DNA of 64,000 nucleotides. Source: an uncultured virus (IMG/VR IMGVR_UViG_3300049791_000126) (lineage: Duplodnaviria > Heunggongvirae > Uroviricota > Caudoviricetes). The position numbers and the translations under genes were made by a program. The DNA lies in the IMG/VR virus record IMGVR_UViG_3300049791_000126; one strand, given 5' to 3'. This document shows positions 39,358 through 49,054 of this stretch, piece after piece. The notes beneath the pieces are model-generated. The model saw only the letters and a list, made by a program, of their open reading frames with translations, was not told the origin of the DNA and did no database searches. Within the stretch, counting starts at the first letter, position 1, and every line of letters starts with the position of its first letter.

Positions 39358-40719
39358 GTGGCGGACGACGAGCTCCCCGATCACCTGCCCGAGATCCCCT
39401 TTGCTCGCCCCATCGCGAGGGACGCGTACTTCGCTCCGCCAAGCACCAACTCATCCGAGCGCCACTACAAGGCCGCGGTCCTCTACCAGGGTGAGTACGA
39501 GACGCTCTGGGACGGCACCGCCGTCGCCGTCCGCGCGCACGCGCGCGCTCTCCACGAAGCCGGGATCCCCGTCTTCCTGAAGTCCTTCACGGGACAGGTC
39601 ACCGACGAGCACGGCGCCATCCAGCCGCGGCACGCCGCCGGTCTGCCGCCTCAAGTCGAGCGCGAGGTCGGTCACCTCGAGCTGACTCGTGCGCGCGCCT
39701 ACTTCCCGACGATCAAGCACCTCGTCATCCGAGACGCCGAGCACCTGAAGCGCGCGGTCATCCCCCACGGCGTGGTCGGTGGCGACATCGAAGAGCAGGC
39801 GAAGCTTCGCCAAACGATCTACGACTCCACCATCGTCTACAGCGTCTGGGAGCGTGACCGCGTCGATCCTGCGATCGTCAAAACGCTCAACCGCGTCGCT
39901 CAATGCTGGGTGCCGTCGTGCGCCAACGCACGCATGCTGATCAATTCCGGCGTGCACTCGCCCAAGGTCTTCGTGGTGCCGCACCCGTACGATCCGGAAG
40001 ACCTGATTCTCAAACTCCGTCGCCGGAAGACGGACACCACATGGCGTAAATTCTACTCGATCGGGCGCTGGGAGCCGAGGAAAGGCTACGCGGAGCTCGT
40101 GAGAGCGTTCCTGTACGCCTTCACGCCGCAGGACAACGCGATCCTCACCATCAAGTACACGGGCGGGCAATGGCCCGGATACCCGACGCCCGAGCAAGTG
40201 GTCGTCGACTGCTACGAGGACCCCGCTATCGCAGTGAAGGGCTGGACGTTCGCGCGCATCAAAGAACGCGTGAAGCTCATCGAGGGGCGCTTCCCGCGCC
40301 AAGCCATTCTCGAGCTCCATTACAGGAACAATATCTATGTTTCTTCCTCCCACGGCGAAGCCTGGAACCTCCCCGCCTTTGAGGCCGCGCTCGCCGGGAA
40401 CACCGTGTGCTATGCGCCATCGGGAGGCGTCGAAGACTACCTGAAGGAAGGCCACGTCGCGGTCGCAGCCGATGGCGATGAGCCCGTGCCGAAGTCCTAC
40501 GGCTGGGAGTCGGATGCGCGCTGGGTTTGGTACCCCATCGGTGCACTCGAAAGCGCGCTTCAGCGCTCGTGGCCGCCCGATTCACACGCGGGCGAGGAGA
40601 AGATTTATTCAGGTCGCTTCACGACGGAAGCGGTCGGTCAGCTCATGCGCCAGCGCGTGCTCGAGGTGGCGGGCGCGCGCGGCGTGTCGGCTGAAGCGTA
40701 CGTGCCGGTGGACCCGTGA
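39358..40719 (+). CDS. GT-B (family 4) glycosyltransferase
   Basis: IGRWEPRKG, YVSSSHGEAWNLPAFEA. Confidence 0.85.
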   Translation: MADDELPDHLPEIPFARPIARDAYFAPPSTNSSERHYKAAVLYQGEYETLWDGTAVAVRAHARALHEAGIPVFLKSFTGQVTDEHGAIQPRHAAGLPPQVEREVGHLELTRARAYFPTIKHLVIRDAEHLKRAVIPHGVVGGDIEEQAKLRQTIYDSTIVYSVWERDRVDPAIVKTLNRVAQCWVPSCANARMLINSGVHSPKVFVVPHPYDPEDLILKLRRRKTDTTWRKFYSIGRWEPRKGYAELVRAFLYAFTPQDNAILTIKYTGGQWPGYPTPEQVVVDCYEDPAIAVKGWTFARIKERVKLIEGRFPRQAILELHYRNNIYVSSSHGEAWNLPAFEAALAGNTVCYAPSGGVEDYLKEGHVAVAADGDEPVPKSYGWESDARWVWYPIGALESALQRSWPPDSHAGEEKIYSGRFTTEAVGQLMRQRVLEVAGARGVSAEAYVPVDP

Positions 40720-41813
40720 CCCTCGCTCGGATCTACGGCCGCGAAACTGGCAACGGATCGCTCGCCGTAGTCTCGCGCGGCTTCGAGCGCGCCTTCAAGC
40801 AAGCGGGGATCTTCGCCGGCTTCTATGGCATCGACACCGCTGACAGCTACACCGACGGTGAGGTCCCGAGTGATGGGTCGAACGCGCGCCATGGCGTCTT
40901 CACGGGCCCGCTCGGCGCTGTCGGGAAGATGTTCGAGGCGGGGCGGCACGAGCACCACTGGGTGATGATCGCCCCGAACTCCGATCAGCTCCCGCGCGCG
41001 CTCGTCGCCGATCTCAAGCGTTACCGGGAAAAGCACTCGCTCCGCTTCCTTGCTCCAAGCAAGTGGGCGGCTGGCATCGTGCGAGGCTTCCTGGGCGAGT
41101 GCACGTCCGTGCCGCACGGCGTGATGCCGGCGTTCAAGGCGGACGCAGCTGCAGCGGACGAGGTCCGGATGCTCTATCGCGCGGGCACCTTCCGCGTGCT
41201 GCATTTCTCGACCAGCGACAGGCAGCGGAAGGGCACCATCGAGCTCCTGCAGGCCTGGCCGATCTTGCACCGGCAAGGCGCGCTCCGCGGCGCGCGGCTT
41301 CTGTGCGTGCTTGACTACGCCGCCAAGCTCGCGCTCGACGAGGCGCTGTCGGAAGGCGAAGTGGAAGATTGGCCGTCGTGCCGGCAAACCGTGACGATCA
41401 CAGATCGCGGAGATCTCAGCCCCGAGGCCATGGCCCGCACGCTTGCCCTCGCGCACGTCGTCTGCCAGCCATCCCGCGGCGAAGGATTCGGACTCATCCC
41501 GCTCGAGGCCCTGTGCTCGGGCACGCCGATTGTTGCCACGACTGCGACGGGACATTCGGAGTACCTCAGTTTAGAACGACCCCCGCAGGGGTCTGTGCTC
41601 ATCACGCCAGGCCTCGATGCTCCGATCGATGATTTGCCGGGCAGTCAGGCTCCCTTCGTGACACCTGCGAGCATCGCGCACGCGCTCAAGAAGTCACGTG
41701 ATAACTGGCCTGCACTGCATGCGGAAGCGCAGGCGAACGCTCAATCTTGGGGCAGAAATTGGGCCTGGGAAGCTTCTCTCGCGGACTTCGTATCCTTGCT
41801 GAGGAAACCATGA
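40716..41813 (+). CDS. GT-B (family 4) glycosyltransferase
   Basis: VPHGV, RKG, QPSRGEGFGLIPLEALCSGTP. Confidence 0.9.
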   Translation: MTLARIYGRETGNGSLAVVSRGFERAFKQAGIFAGFYGIDTADSYTDGEVPSDGSNARHGVFTGPLGAVGKMFEAGRHEHHWVMIAPNSDQLPRALVADLKRYREKHSLRFLAPSKWAAGIVRGFLGECTSVPHGVMPAFKADAAAADEVRMLYRAGTFRVLHFSTSDRQRKGTIELLQAWPILHRQGALRGARLLCVLDYAAKLALDEALSEGEVEDWPSCRQTVTITDRGDLSPEAMARTLALAHVVCQPSRGEGFGLIPLEALCSGTPIVATTATGHSEYLSLERPPQGSVLITPGLDAPIDDLPGSQAPFVTPASIAHALKKSRDNWPALHAEAQANAQSWGRNWAWEASLADFVSLLRKP

Positions 41814-42703
41814 GCGCATTGATCGATCCGGTGGACGAGTTTGGGCACTACGTCATGCGCGCCAAGCCCGTGCTCAAGTGGGCCGGGGGCAAGGCGCAGC
41901 TCGAAGAGCCGATCCTGAAGGCGATCGACCGCCTGCACCCGAAGGTGATCAAGCACTACTACGAGCCCTTCGCAGGTGGCTTAGCGATCTTCTTCGCGCT
42001 CCGGCGCCGTTTCAAGATCCGCCGAGCGACCCTCTCCGACACGAACGCCGAACTGATCAACTTCTACCTCCAGATCCAGAACGAGCCTGAGGCGCTGATC
42101 GGAGCGCTCCGCAAACTGAAGAAGCAGGGCTTCAGCGAGAAGCGTTACTACGAGGTGCGCGCTTCCAAGCCACGCTCAGATGCCGCCCGCGCGGCGCGTT
42201 TCAAGTACATCAATGCGTGTGGCTTCAACGGCCTATGGCGCGTCAACAAGCAGAACATCTGCAATGTGCCCTACGGGCATCGGAAGACGCCGCCCGAGAT
42301 CTGTGACGAGGAGGCGCTCTGGGCCGCGCACCATGCGTTCGAGGTGGCGGAGATCGTGCGGGCGGACTACCAGGCAATCTGTTCTGAGATCCGTGAAAAC
42401 AAGAAGCAGAGGTTCGTGTACCTCGACCCGCCTTACTGGCCTACGCGGCCAACGGCTAACTTTACCTCATATACAGAAGCAGATTTCGGAGAACGGGATC
42501 AGAAGAATCTCGAGGGGGAGTTTCATTTTTTGGCGACGTTCGGGATCTCGGCCTTGCTCTCGAATTCCGATGTGCCCGCCACTAGGGCCCTTTATTCCGA
42601 TTACAAAAAGCAAAAACTCCAAGCGTGCCGCAACATCAACTCCGACGCCGCCAAGCGCGGCGCCGTCTCAGAATTGCTCGTCGAGAGCACCTTTCGAAAG
42701 TAG
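41810..42703 (+). CDS. dam: Dam-family (D12 class) DNA adenine methyltransferase
   Basis: KWAGGK, YYEPFAGG, FNGLWRVN, YLDPPY. Confidence 0.9.
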   Translation: MSALIDPVDEFGHYVMRAKPVLKWAGGKAQLEEPILKAIDRLHPKVIKHYYEPFAGGLAIFFALRRRFKIRRATLSDTNAELINFYLQIQNEPEALIGALRKLKKQGFSEKRYYEVRASKPRSDAARAARFKYINACGFNGLWRVNKQNICNVPYGHRKTPPEICDEEALWAAHHAFEVAEIVRADYQAICSEIRENKKQRFVYLDPPYWPTRPTANFTSYTEADFGERDQKNLEGEFHFLATFGISALLSNSDVPATRALYSDYKKQKLQACRNINSDAAKRGAVSELLVESTFRK

Positions 42704-42706
42704 CTC

Positions 42707-43102
42707 ATGGAAATAGCCCAACTAGAATCCTTCTACGGCGTCCCCGTCGTCATCCAGCTGCGCTTTCCGATCGCGGCCATTAAGCTCGGCGCAGGTGACA
42801 ATGGCAAGGTCCCCTACGCCGCCGAGCGGGACAAGTCGCACTGGATCCCGACGCCGCTCATGGAAGGTGGATCTCCATCGGGCACGCAGCTCGTGGCGTT
42901 TGCAGTGCTGCACCCGGTAGAAGGATCGGCGCTGCTCGAAATGGTCTGGTCGTCTGTGCCCGATGCTCCAGCCGAAGGCTCCGGATCGCTCATCGGTCCG
43001 GTCGCAACGCTCGCGACCTTGCTCGACGCTCGCGACATCGTGGCGGTCACCCGCGTGGTAAATGTTCATGAGCCGTCGCCGCTGATTCTATCCGGGCGAT
43101 GA
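42707..43102 (+). CDS. Hypothetical protein
   Basis: In-operon ORF. Confidence 0.65.
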   Translation: MEIAQLESFYGVPVVIQLRFPIAAIKLGAGDNGKVPYAAERDKSHWIPTPLMEGGSPSGTQLVAFAVLHPVEGSALLEMVWSSVPDAPAEGSGSLIGPVATLATLLDARDIVAVTRVVNVHEPSPLILSGR

Positions 43103-43743
43103 CCGAGATCCGAAACCCGCACGCTGACCAGCTGAAGTTTCGCACCTGGCTCGTCAAGCAACTCACCCTGACCCGCTGGTCACTGCCGATTGACCTGGAT
43201 GAAAAAGAGCAGGCCAAGCGCCTCGGTGTGCAGGTGGACGTGATCCGCGAGGCGCAGCAGGCGCGCGACAGCGAGCTCAAGCACCGCGGCAATGGCGGCA
43301 TCGCGCGCGGGCGCCGCCGCTACATTGGGAGCGACTACTGCTCGATCTACGTCCGGATCCCGCCCGCCATTCGGAAAGATTGGGTCGAGATGTGCGCCGC
43401 GCTCAAACTCGAGCCGAGCACCGTGCTCCGGAGCCTCATCCATCAATTCCTCTCGAACCCGCTGCGGCCTCAGCTCACGTCCAGCACCTGGCTCTATCGA
43501 GGCGCGGTGCAGAGGGTGAAGAAGGGGCATGAGTGCCCCATGGTGCGGACGCGCATCACGCGCGGCGCGCAGCAGGCGCTCGACACGCACGCAGACAACT
43601 GGAGCGTGACGCCGACCGGCATCATCCGCGGACTCCTGACGGACTTTTTAGAAGGCCGCACGAAGAAGTTGAAAATCGTGAGCTTCGCTGAGCTGTGGGG
43701 CGATCCCGATCGCTACCTTCACCCGGAGAATTTCCATTCATGA
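43099..43743 (+). CDS. Putative DNA-binding protein with tandem RHH-like motifs
   Basis: IYVRIPPAIRKDW...STVLRSLIHQFL and VRTRITRGAQQAL...TGIIRGLLTDFL. Confidence 0.55.
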   Translation: MTEIRNPHADQLKFRTWLVKQLTLTRWSLPIDLDEKEQAKRLGVQVDVIREAQQARDSELKHRGNGGIARGRRRYIGSDYCSIYVRIPPAIRKDWVEMCAALKLEPSTVLRSLIHQFLSNPLRPQLTSSTWLYRGAVQRVKKGHECPMVRTRITRGAQQALDTHADNWSVTPTGIIRGLLTDFLEGRTKKLKIVSFAELWGDPDRYLHPENFHS

Positions 43744-44567
43744 ACATTCGCGACCTCTTCACAAACCTCGACCGCTCCGCCATCGAGAAATGGTGCCGAG
43801 CCCAGACGCAGGTCGTCTACCTCGGCGACCACCGAGCGCTCTGTCGCGTGCTCGGCAAATACCTGATGTACGTCGACACGCGCGATCTCTCGCTTGCTCC
43901 CCACATGATGATGAACGGGTTTTGGGAGATGTGGGTGACGCAAGCGATCGTCGACTACGTGAAGCCCGGGATGCGCTGCATCGACGTGGGCGCGAATTGC
44001 GGATACTACACGCTGCTCCTCGCTGATCTCGTGGGAGACAAAGGCAGCGTGCATGCCTACGAGCCGCAAACCGCTGCGGAGAAGTTACTCGCTCCGACAT
44101 TGGTCATCAATGGGTTTGGAGACGGTCCAGTAACTGTTCAGCGCGGGGCGGCCTCCGACACTACGGGTCAGGTGCGTAAGTTGTACGTGATGACAGAATT
44201 CATGGGGAGCGCAGCACTGGAGCCCAGCGGCGTGCTCAAGGCGCAGGAAAAAACAGTCATGACTTGCCGCGTTGACGACCATCAGGATGTGGTTCACTTC
44301 GTGAAGATCGACGTGCAGGGACACGAGTTGAGAGTACTCGCTGGAATGCAGAAGACCATCGAACGAAGCCCCAAAATCGCCATCGCCATGGAGTTCTCGC
44401 CGAGCGAGCACGAGAGCCCAGCCGCCGCGCTCGAGACCATCCGCGGGAGGGGGCTGAAAATCCAAGCCATCGGCACCGATGGCCAGGTGCGCCCCATCTC
44501 ACTCGAGGAGGCGGCCAAGCCCGACACGGGCGACCACCGGATGCTCTGGCTCACGAGGGAAGCGTGA
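43740..44567 (+). CDS. FkbM family SAM-dependent methyltransferase
   Basis: IDVGANCGYYT, AYEP, FVKIDVQGHELRVLAGM. Confidence 0.9.
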   Translation: MNIRDLFTNLDRSAIEKWCRAQTQVVYLGDHRALCRVLGKYLMYVDTRDLSLAPHMMMNGFWEMWVTQAIVDYVKPGMRCIDVGANCGYYTLLLADLVGDKGSVHAYEPQTAAEKLLAPTLVINGFGDGPVTVQRGAASDTTGQVRKLYVMTEFMGSAALEPSGVLKAQEKTVMTCRVDDHQDVVHFVKIDVQGHELRVLAGMQKTIERSPKIAIAMEFSPSEHESPAAALETIRGRGLKIQAIGTDGQVRPISLEEAAKPDTGDHRMLWLTREA

Positions 44568-44770
44568 CTGCTCGGTGCCCCCATTGCGGGCAGCGCGTCA
44601 CCCCAGAGTTCATACGCGCGGAGCGTCGGGCCTGGTGGTGGATGCTGTGCGCGCTGGCGGTCTTTTTCTTGGGGACCTTAAGTTGGGCCGCGTTCGTGCG
44701 GCCTGATGAATGTAGCCCGAAGAGTCCTTGCATGTGGTTTAGGCATCTATTCGTATCAGAGCCCAAGAAC

Positions 44771-44800
44771 TTGACCCCGCCCACCGATCCCCGGTAGCCT
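44771..44800 (+). promoter_or_regulatory. Sigma70-like promoter
   Basis: TTGACC-N18-TAGCCT, 8 nt before the ATG at 44809. Confidence 0.55.
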
Positions 44801-44808
44801 TCCCGTCG

Positions 44809-45189
44809 ATGGCCATTGCAATCGCAAGTCGTGTCGCTCTGAAGGTAACCGGTAGTAACCTCGTGCTCGGCCAGGTGACAGCCCAGCCGCCGGTGTTCGG
44901 GGTGAGCGAGACCGCGGGCGGCGGCCCGTACGTCATCGACTGGGAGAACGGCAAGCAGAGCACGGTACCGCTCGGGGTGCTTGACGAGCTCTTCGCAGCC
45001 GACGTGACGACGCTCGGCCTGATGGGCAAGGTCGTGGTCGTGACGGACGCTTCCTCGTCCTACAACGCGGTCGTGGTCGACGCCTACAACCGCAACGCCA
45101 CCAAAGAGTGCGTGCTCGTCAAGACACTCCAGAACGGCACGTACTACGAGCTCGACGCGACGACAGTCGAGCTCGTTACGGGTCTCTGA
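44809..45189 (+). CDS. Hypothetical beta-rich protein
   Basis: Own promoter; GC3 bias. Confidence 0.75.
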   Translation: MAIAIASRVALKVTGSNLVLGQVTAQPPVFGVSETAGGGPYVIDWENGKQSTVPLGVLDELFAADVTTLGLMGKVVVVTDASSSYNAVVVDAYNRNATKECVLVKTLQNGTYYELDATTVELVTGL

Positions 45190-45201
45190 TCCGTCTCAGG
45201 C

Positions 45202-45543
45202 ATGGATCTCGACGCCCGCAGCTCGTGCCTGAGGGCCGTGCGGCTCGTCGCGCGGAGCGCGCGCTTGTGCTCGGCGATTGAACGCGGCTCGGAGCAGTAC
45301 AAGACGGCTGCCGACTCTGCTGAGCGGATGCTCGGTCGCGCGGACGGCTACTTCACTGAGATGCGCGTGGGGCACGCAGCGCATGAGCGTGTGGTGCGCG
45401 TGGTGCTCGCGGCGCTCGTCGAGGCGCGGACGGTCGTGACGTGGCTCACGAAGGAGACGCCGCACCCCGACGATCTGTCGCTGCAGGCGGAGAAGATCGA
45501 GCGGGCGATCGAGCGGGCACAGGTAGTGCAGGGTGTAGAGTAA
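45202..45543 (+). CDS. Hypothetical helical protein
   Basis: Co-oriented ORF. Confidence 0.55.
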   Translation: MDLDARSSCLRAVRLVARSARLCSAIERGSEQYKTAADSAERMLGRADGYFTEMRVGHAAHERVVRVVLAALVEARTVVTWLTKETPHPDDLSLQAEKIERAIERAQVVQGVE

Positions 45544-45715
45544 CGCCTCGGAAAAGCGAGTGCCGATCCAGATAGACGGACAAGTAGACGCGCGCATTAC
45601 GGGCAAAGAGATCGGCCCCTTCCTCACCCAGCTCCCAGATTTGCTCAGCGATAGCATCGAAAGACGCCTCATCGGTAGAGGCATCGATCTCGATTGAGAA
45701 TTCTTGGGTCATGGG

Positions 45716-46000
45716 TCAGTTCGCCGCGAGGTGGTAGGCCTCGTAGAGGCCCTCGCTCTTGAGCCACGCATCGTAGCGATCTTGGGCAGAGATCCAGAAA
45801 TCAGCATCGATCCCGAGCGCTGCGGCTAGGCGATGAGCGAGATCCGTGGTGCATGGAATTTCTTCGTCAATGAAGCGATGGACCTCAGTTACGTCTATGT
45901 TCATAGAATGGGCAAGTTCGCTGACCGTGATGTCACGTGGCAGCAAGAACCCTTTGACAAGAAATATTCCAGGATGCGGAGGTTGAGGGGGGTTAGCCAT
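45716..46000 (-). CDS. higA: HigA family antitoxin (HTH)
   Basis: PPHPGIFL...ITVSELA...LAAALGIDADFWISAQDRYD. Confidence 0.9.
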   Translation of the reverse strand: MANPPQPPHPGIFLVKGFLLPRDITVSELAHSMNIDVTEVHRFIDEEIPCTTDLAHRLAAALGIDADFWISAQDRYDAWLKSEGLYEAYHLAAN

Positions 46001-46005
46001 GGCTT

Positions 46006-46314
46006 TTAGTCTCCATAGTGATCGGGGCTGATGGTTACGTCGTAGGGCTCATTGCGAATCGGGTCATACCGAAACAGCAAGCGGGCTCGGCTAGAAATGT
46101 CCATGGAGAACCACCCGGCAAGCTTGCCTTTCAGTTTATGCAAGCGGAAAAACTGGAAGGCGCGAACCTGGTCGAGGTTGGTGGAGTTCTGCAAGGTCTG
46201 CAGAGCGAATTTTGCGTTAGCCCAGTGCTTGGGCGGGAGCAATTTACGGGCTCGGTCGCTATTTATTCCGGCCAATATGTCAGCGGCCCCTAAGTCAACA
46301 TACGATTGAATCAT
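46006..46314 (-). CDS. higB: HigB/RelE family toxin
   Basis: GGAGG RBS before ATG at 46314; FRLHKLKGKLAGWFSMDISSRARLLFRY...DHY; upstream of higA. Confidence 0.85.
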   Translation of the reverse strand: MIQSYVDLGAADILAGINSDRARKLLPPKHWANAKFALQTLQNSTNLDQVRAFQFFRLHKLKGKLAGWFSMDISSRARLLFRYDPIRNEPYDVTISPDHYGD

Positions 46315-46797
46315 GACGGATCTCCCTCCCTGGGTCGAGGAAGACGTCATACTGAACCAACGTATAGTAGTCAAGCAAGCAAGATCTGTCGACTCACCCT
46401 CGCTTTTCACCTTCGCGAACCGCTTGTGCAACCTCGCGATCCATGCCTCCTGCCAGACCCGCTTTCGCTCCTTGTCCCAACCCTGGAAGAAGCCCGTCCC
46501 CGCATGGAACTGCCGGTGGTGCCGCGGGCACTTTGGGATCGTGAGCCGGTCGTGCACCCGGATCCCCATGCCGCCCCGGCGCTCGCCGCGTCCGTGCTTC
46601 AGGTGATGAGCCTGCGTCCGGTCATCGAGCGGGCACACGCAGCAGGGGAGCGTGCGGATCCAGGCGACGTACTCTTCGTCTGCGAGGCCGAGCTTCGCGC
46701 GCTTCTCAGCGATCTTCTTTTTGCTCGCGGGACGGAGCGGCGTGTAGCGCTTGAGGTAGCCGCCGGGGGCGAGCTTGGTTTTGCGCTTGATGGTCAA
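46315..46797 (-). CDS. DUF968/HNH-like Zn-binding domain, in frame with higB (no stop between)
   Basis: EYVAWIRTLPCCVC...QAHHL...IPKCPRHHRQFH. Confidence 0.75.
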
Positions 46798-47085
46798 GCT
46801 CGGGGCTCCTTCCTGTGCGTGCGTACGAACTGTTTTTTATTTTGCCAGTCACGCATCACGCCGTAGTCATCGATAGTGGACACCGCGCACCACCCCACGT
46901 GAGTGATGCGTTGCTTCACGTGGGGGAACCGCCTGGCGATCCACAGGTCACCGATTCTCAGATCTGAAGCCGAAGCTTGGCGCGACGTGTAGCGCGCGTG
47001 GCGCTTGGATTTTGTCGTGTTCTGTGTCGGGTCTCGATTGACAGCAAAGGGATGAAAGCGCTCAGCGCGAAAGCCCAGGTGGAGG

Positions 47086-47772
47086 TCAGATCCGTCGGCG
47101 ACGAAATGAATTCCCGCCCCCCTTGCGGCGCTTTTGATGCGGCCAAAAACGAGGAGCGCTTCGGCTGGAAGGAATATCTCCGTTGCCACCAGCCGCTGAA
47201 GGTGTCGGATCAGTACCGTGTAGTTGAACGGGCTCTTGTTGAGAGTTTTCTGGATCGAAAAATTCATAGGGAACGTGTTTCCTGTCGAGGTTAGTCAGCT
47301 GGAAACCGGCAAAACGGTCAGCAAAAGAACGAAGGCGACGGACCGATCGGTCGATTTCTACTGCGGTGACGAAGCCTCGCTCGGCGAGGTTTACGACGAA
47401 TCGTAGGAGCGCGTTGTAACCAACGAGCCTTCGCCCGCGATCTCCACGTGCCCTGAACACCTGAGAAGGATACAGCGGAGGCGCGATCTCTGCGGGAGAC
47501 TCGGCGTACTGCTTTTGGAGACGAGCGGCCATGCTCGTCACCCATGCCGCCCGCATGTCGGTGGTCCAGCCTTCGAAGTAAGCTCGTCCGACTTGCCAGT
47601 GCTCCAGATGCAAGCGACAAAGAGGGAGCGTGTTCTCAGCCTGAGAAGCGACCAGTACCCGAGGGCGATGTTTCGCGGTAGACGTGACGACATTGCAGAC
47701 TAAGCAGGGCAGGCGCCGCACCCAGGCTAAATAGTTGAGCTCTGCGCGCGAGCGTTTGGTTTGGAGGTGCAT
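47086..47772 (-). CDS. Second, degenerate DUF968-like protein
   Basis: YLAWVRRLPCLVC...LPLCRLH...FEGW. Confidence 0.6.
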   Translation of the reverse strand: MHLQTKRSRAELNYLAWVRRLPCLVCNVVTSTAKHRPRVLVASQAENTLPLCRLHLEHWQVGRAYFEGWTTDMRAAWVTSMAARLQKQYAESPAEIAPPLYPSQVFRARGDRGRRLVGYNALLRFVVNLAERGFVTAVEIDRSVRRLRSFADRFAGFQLTNLDRKHVPYEFFDPENSQQEPVQLHGTDPTPSAAGGNGDIPSSRSAPRFWPHQKRRKGGGNSFRRRRI

Positions 47773-47776
47773 GGGG

Positions 47777-48505
47777 CTATTCGGCTTCGCCAGCCGAAGG
47801 AGCCAAGGCGACCTTGATCTGCCGCTTGAGATCTCGGATGTGAGCGATCAGACGAAGGGTGTTCAGGGGGCTCATGGCGGCAATGAATCGCACGTCGGCT
47901 TCGGCTTGCTCGACAGAACGATCATCCGCGTCGCCGCCGTCATCGCCGTCGCGCAGGTACACATCAGGCTCGATCTCGAACAGCTGGAAGCCGCCCTTGG
48001 CGAGTGCGGTATGTCCGGGTTTGTCCACGCACACGAATCCCACGTGCACGATCGCGCCGCAACCAGTCGTCGAAGACCAGGGGCCAGGGGTTGCGCGCTT
48101 GCAGAGCGTTTCGATGCTATTGAGTTCGGAGTCAGTGGGAGAGAGGTTCGGGGATGGCGCCTGGCGGCCATCGGGAAACAGGGCCTGGTTTGGATCGAAC
48201 CCATGCTCGCGGAGCATGATCGCGTAGGCATCGGCGCGCCGCTGGTTGCTTTCGGCTTCGCGCACGAGGCAAGCCACCTGGTAAGGCGACATGAGCGTCG
48301 TGAATTTCGCATCGGCGTCCGTGATCCAGGTCACGTCGTGCTCGCTCCCCGAGCACAGGGGGAGATCTTGGCCCTCGATGCGGATGCATCCAGTGAATTC
48401 GAGCTCGCGCCAGCCACCGGTCGCGGCGTGGCAGAGACGAAGAATGTCCTCGTAGGAGAGGAGCGGGTGAGTTTTTGTGTCGACGCCCTGTAGACTTGTT
48501 GCCAT
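47777..48505 (-). CDS. Protein with an Ead/Ea22-like C-terminal domain
   Basis: KRATPGPW...ADVRFIAAMSP..TLRLIAHIRDL. Confidence 0.6.
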   Translation of the reverse strand: MATSLQGVDTKTHPLLSYEDILRLCHAATGGWRELEFTGCIRIEGQDLPLCSGSEHDVTWITDADAKFTTLMSPYQVACLVREAESNQRRADAYAIMLREHGFDPNQALFPDGRQAPSPNLSPTDSELNSIETLCKRATPGPWSSTTGCGAIVHVGFVCVDKPGHTALAKGGFQLFEIEPDVYLRDGDDGGDADDRSVEQAEADVRFIAAMSPLNTLRLIAHIRDLKRQIKVALAPSAGEAE

Positions 48506-48556
48506 CACGGTGATAGTAAACTGATGGCAATGGAAGTCCAGCCAGAAAGAGGCGCT

Positions 48557-49054
48557 ATGACGATCTGGGCATTCGATACGGAATTCGATGAGGATGGCAA
48601 AACCATCGAGCTCATCAGCATCGGCCTCGTCTCGAACGAAGGCCATGAGTACTACGCCGTCAGTCGAGAGTTCGATCCGCTGCACTGTAACGACTGGGTG
48701 CGCTCGAACGTCCTCGGGAAACTCCCGCCAGCCGGCGACCCGCTCTGGAAGCCGCGCGCTCAGATCCGCGACGACATCGTCGCGATCGTCCGAGCTAGTT
48801 CGTTGCCCCCGAAATTCTGGGCGTACTACGCGGACTACGACTGGATCGTGCTCTGCCAGCTATTCGGGAGGATGGTCGCCCTGCCACCCGACTGGCCGAG
48901 ATACTGCCGAGATCTCCAGCAACGCCTCGATGACCTCGACTTTCGCTCGTCGGATTTGCCCGATCAGCCAGCGGGCACCGAGCACAACGCGCTCTACGAC
49001 GCCCGCTGGGTGATGAGCGGGCTTTTGTATTTGGACAGGTTCTTCAGCCGATGA
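48557..49054 (+). CDS. DEDD 3'-5' exonuclease (RNase AS/DUF5051-like)
   Basis: FDTEF...LISIGLV...WAYYADYDW...HNALYDARW. Confidence 0.85.
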   Translation: MTIWAFDTEFDEDGKTIELISIGLVSNEGHEYYAVSREFDPLHCNDWVRSNVLGKLPPAGDPLWKPRAQIRDDIVAIVRASSLPPKFWAYYADYDWIVLCQLFGRMVALPPDWPRYCRDLQQRLDDLDFRSSDLPDQPAGTEHNALYDARWVMSGLLYLDRFFSR

